Source: Polyangiales bacterium
GTDB taxonomy: Bacteria > Myxococcota_A > Polyangia > Polyangiales > Houyiibacteriaceae
Direction of reading: 5' to 3'
Length of the DNA stretch: 17,984 nt
NCBI GenBank assembly: GCA_045106895.1
Contig: JBGCFM010000188.1
Span: 1 to 17,984, forward strand
The notes under the pieces were generated by a model. It was given only the letters and a program-made list of their open reading frames with translations. It searched no databases and was not told the origin of the DNA. Made by a program: the position numbers and the translations under genes. This document shows, in pieces, positions 16,729 to 17,984 of this stretch; within the stretch, counting starts at the first letter, position 1, and the number at the start of each line of letters is the position of its first letter.

Positions 16729-17754
16729 ATGAGCAGCAACAACAACGACCTCGCCTTCGTAGGCCTCGTCAACTTGGCGAGCGAGTCTTTGGGCGCGAAA
16801 GCCCTTTCCACGAACGACGACTTCTTCGCGGGCATGGAAAACCTCGTCAAAGACAAGGCCCCCGTGTTCTTGCCCGACGAGTTCACGGACCGTGGCAAGT
16901 GGATGGACGGCTGGGAGAGCCGCCGCAAACGCGTGGACGGGCACGACTGGTGCATCGTTCGCCTCGGTGCCGAAGGTGTCATTCGCGCCATCGACATCAA
17001 CACCTCGCACTTCACGGGCAACCAGCCTCCCTTCGCGTCCGTCGAAGCGACGAACTCCACCGACGCCGACATCGATGGAGCGACGTGGACCGAGATCGTC
17101 GCGCAGGGTCCTTGTCGTCCCGGCAGCATGAACCTCTTCAGCGTCAACGACAGCGCGAGCTACACGCACCTTCGGCTCAACCTCTACCCCGACGGCGGCG
17201 TCGCGCGCTTGCGCGTCTATGGCGAGGTCACGCCGAACTGGGACGGCGGTTCAGGAACGACGGGCGAAGAGGTCGACCTTGTGGCCCTTGCCCACGGCGG
17301 CCTGGCCCTCGCGTGCAGCGACGCGTTCTTCGGACCGATGAACAACCTCATCGCGCCCGGACGCGCCGTGAACATGGGCGGCGGATGGGAGACGCGCAGG
17401 CGGATGGGTCGCCCCTTCGACAGCCGCCCCGACTGGATCATGCTTCGCCTCGGTGCCGCCGGAACGGTCAGCGGAGTGGAAGTCGACACGAACCACTTCA
17501 AGGGCAACTTCCCGGACCGCTGCGCCCTCGACGGCGTGAACCTTCCTGGAGCGCGCATCACGGACTTGCTGGCGTCGGACGCGTGGGAGACATTTCTTCC
17601 GGAGCAAAAGCTACGCGCCCACGAACAGCACATGTTCCGCGATGAGCTCTCGGCTTCGGGCCCCTACACGCATGTGCGTCTGCGCATTTTCCCCGACGGC
17701 GGCATCAGCCGACTCCGCATCCTTGGTCATCGAATCGCAGGTAAGCGCTCGTGA
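16729..17754 (+). CDS. alc: Allantoicase
   Basis: Two allantoicase repeats: DDFFA...KWMDGWESRRKR..GHDW...DINTSHFTGN...PDGGVARLRVYG and GGGWETRRR...DTNHFKGNFP...PDGGISRLR. Confidence 0.96.
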   Translation: MSSNNNDLAFVGLVNLASESLGAKALSTNDDFFAGMENLVKDKAPVFLPDEFTDRGKWMDGWESRRKRVDGHDWCIVRLGAEGVIRAIDINTSHFTGNQPPFASVEATNSTDADIDGATWTEIVAQGPCRPGSMNLFSVNDSASYTHLRLNLYPDGGVARLRVYGEVTPNWDGGSGTTGEEVDLVALAHGGLALACSDAFFGPMNNLIAPGRAVNMGGGWETRRRMGRPFDSRPDWIMLRLGAAGTVSGVEVDTNHFKGNFPDRCALDGVNLPGARITDLLASDAWETFLPEQKLRAHEQHMFRDELSASGPYTHVRLRIFPDGGISRLRILGHRIAGKRS

Positions 17755-17984
17755 GCGCGGCCAGCAAGCTTAACGGCATGAACGAAGACGGGGCTCGCAC
17801 CGCGCTCACGCGTTGCTGCGGCTCTGCAAAGTGGGTCGACGCCATGCTCGCGTCCCGCCCCTTTGCGGATGACGACGCGGTATTCACGCGTGCTGACGAT
17901 GCCTGGGCGACGATGGAACGCGCCGACATCCTCGAAGCCTTCACGCATCACCCGCGCATCGGGTCGAGCATCGAAGCACTGCGC
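17751..17984 (+). CDS. uraD: OHCU decarboxylase, partial (runs off window)
   Basis: GTG 17751 overlaps the alc stop (GTGA). Translates as MSAASKLNGMNEDGARTALTRCCGSAKWVDAMLASRPFADDDAVF...DILEAFTHHPRIG, the UraD N-terminal signature. Absent from the ORF track because it has no stop in the window. Confidence 0.9.
   Translation, partial: MSAASKLNGMNEDGARTALTRCCGSAKWVDAMLASRPFADDDAVFTRADDAWATMERADILEAFTHHPRIGSSIEALR

Noticed and set aside
15843..17147. 434-aa minus-strand ORF
   Set aside because: Antisense shadow of allB and alc.
1..17984. CRISPR array, tRNA/rRNA, transposase, integrase, reverse transcriptase or toxin gene
   Set aside because: No regularly spaced repeats, RNA gene signatures or matching protein motifs were recognised.

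Overview
High-GC bacterial window, probably from a myxobacterium (Myxococcota). This is inferred from the Cys-rich FG-GAP lipoprotein, a lipoprotein resembling gliding-motility TPR proteins, and the large TPR/LRR protein. In order, it contains: (1) a rod-like palindromic repeat element cut by the left edge; (2) a translationally coupled minus-strand triad of SnoaL-like, AraC/GyrI regulator and DUF1330-like genes; (3) a TetR gene divergent from DUF4188 and VOC-like genes across a clear double operator; (4) an FKBP-type PPIase, two uncharacterised lipoproteins and a small membrane protein; (5) L-serine dehydratase with two substitutions in a conserved motif; (6) an FG-GAP beta-propeller lipoprotein and a probable gene remnant; (7) a large TPR + LRR + SMI1/KNR4 (SUKH) + DUF6630-like protein whose last domain is split by an apparent -1 frameshift; (8) a purine catabolism operon, puuD-allB-alc-uraD, running off the right edge. 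No CRISPR array, tRNA, rRNA or transposase was seen. All family assignments come from motif recognition by eye, not database searches.
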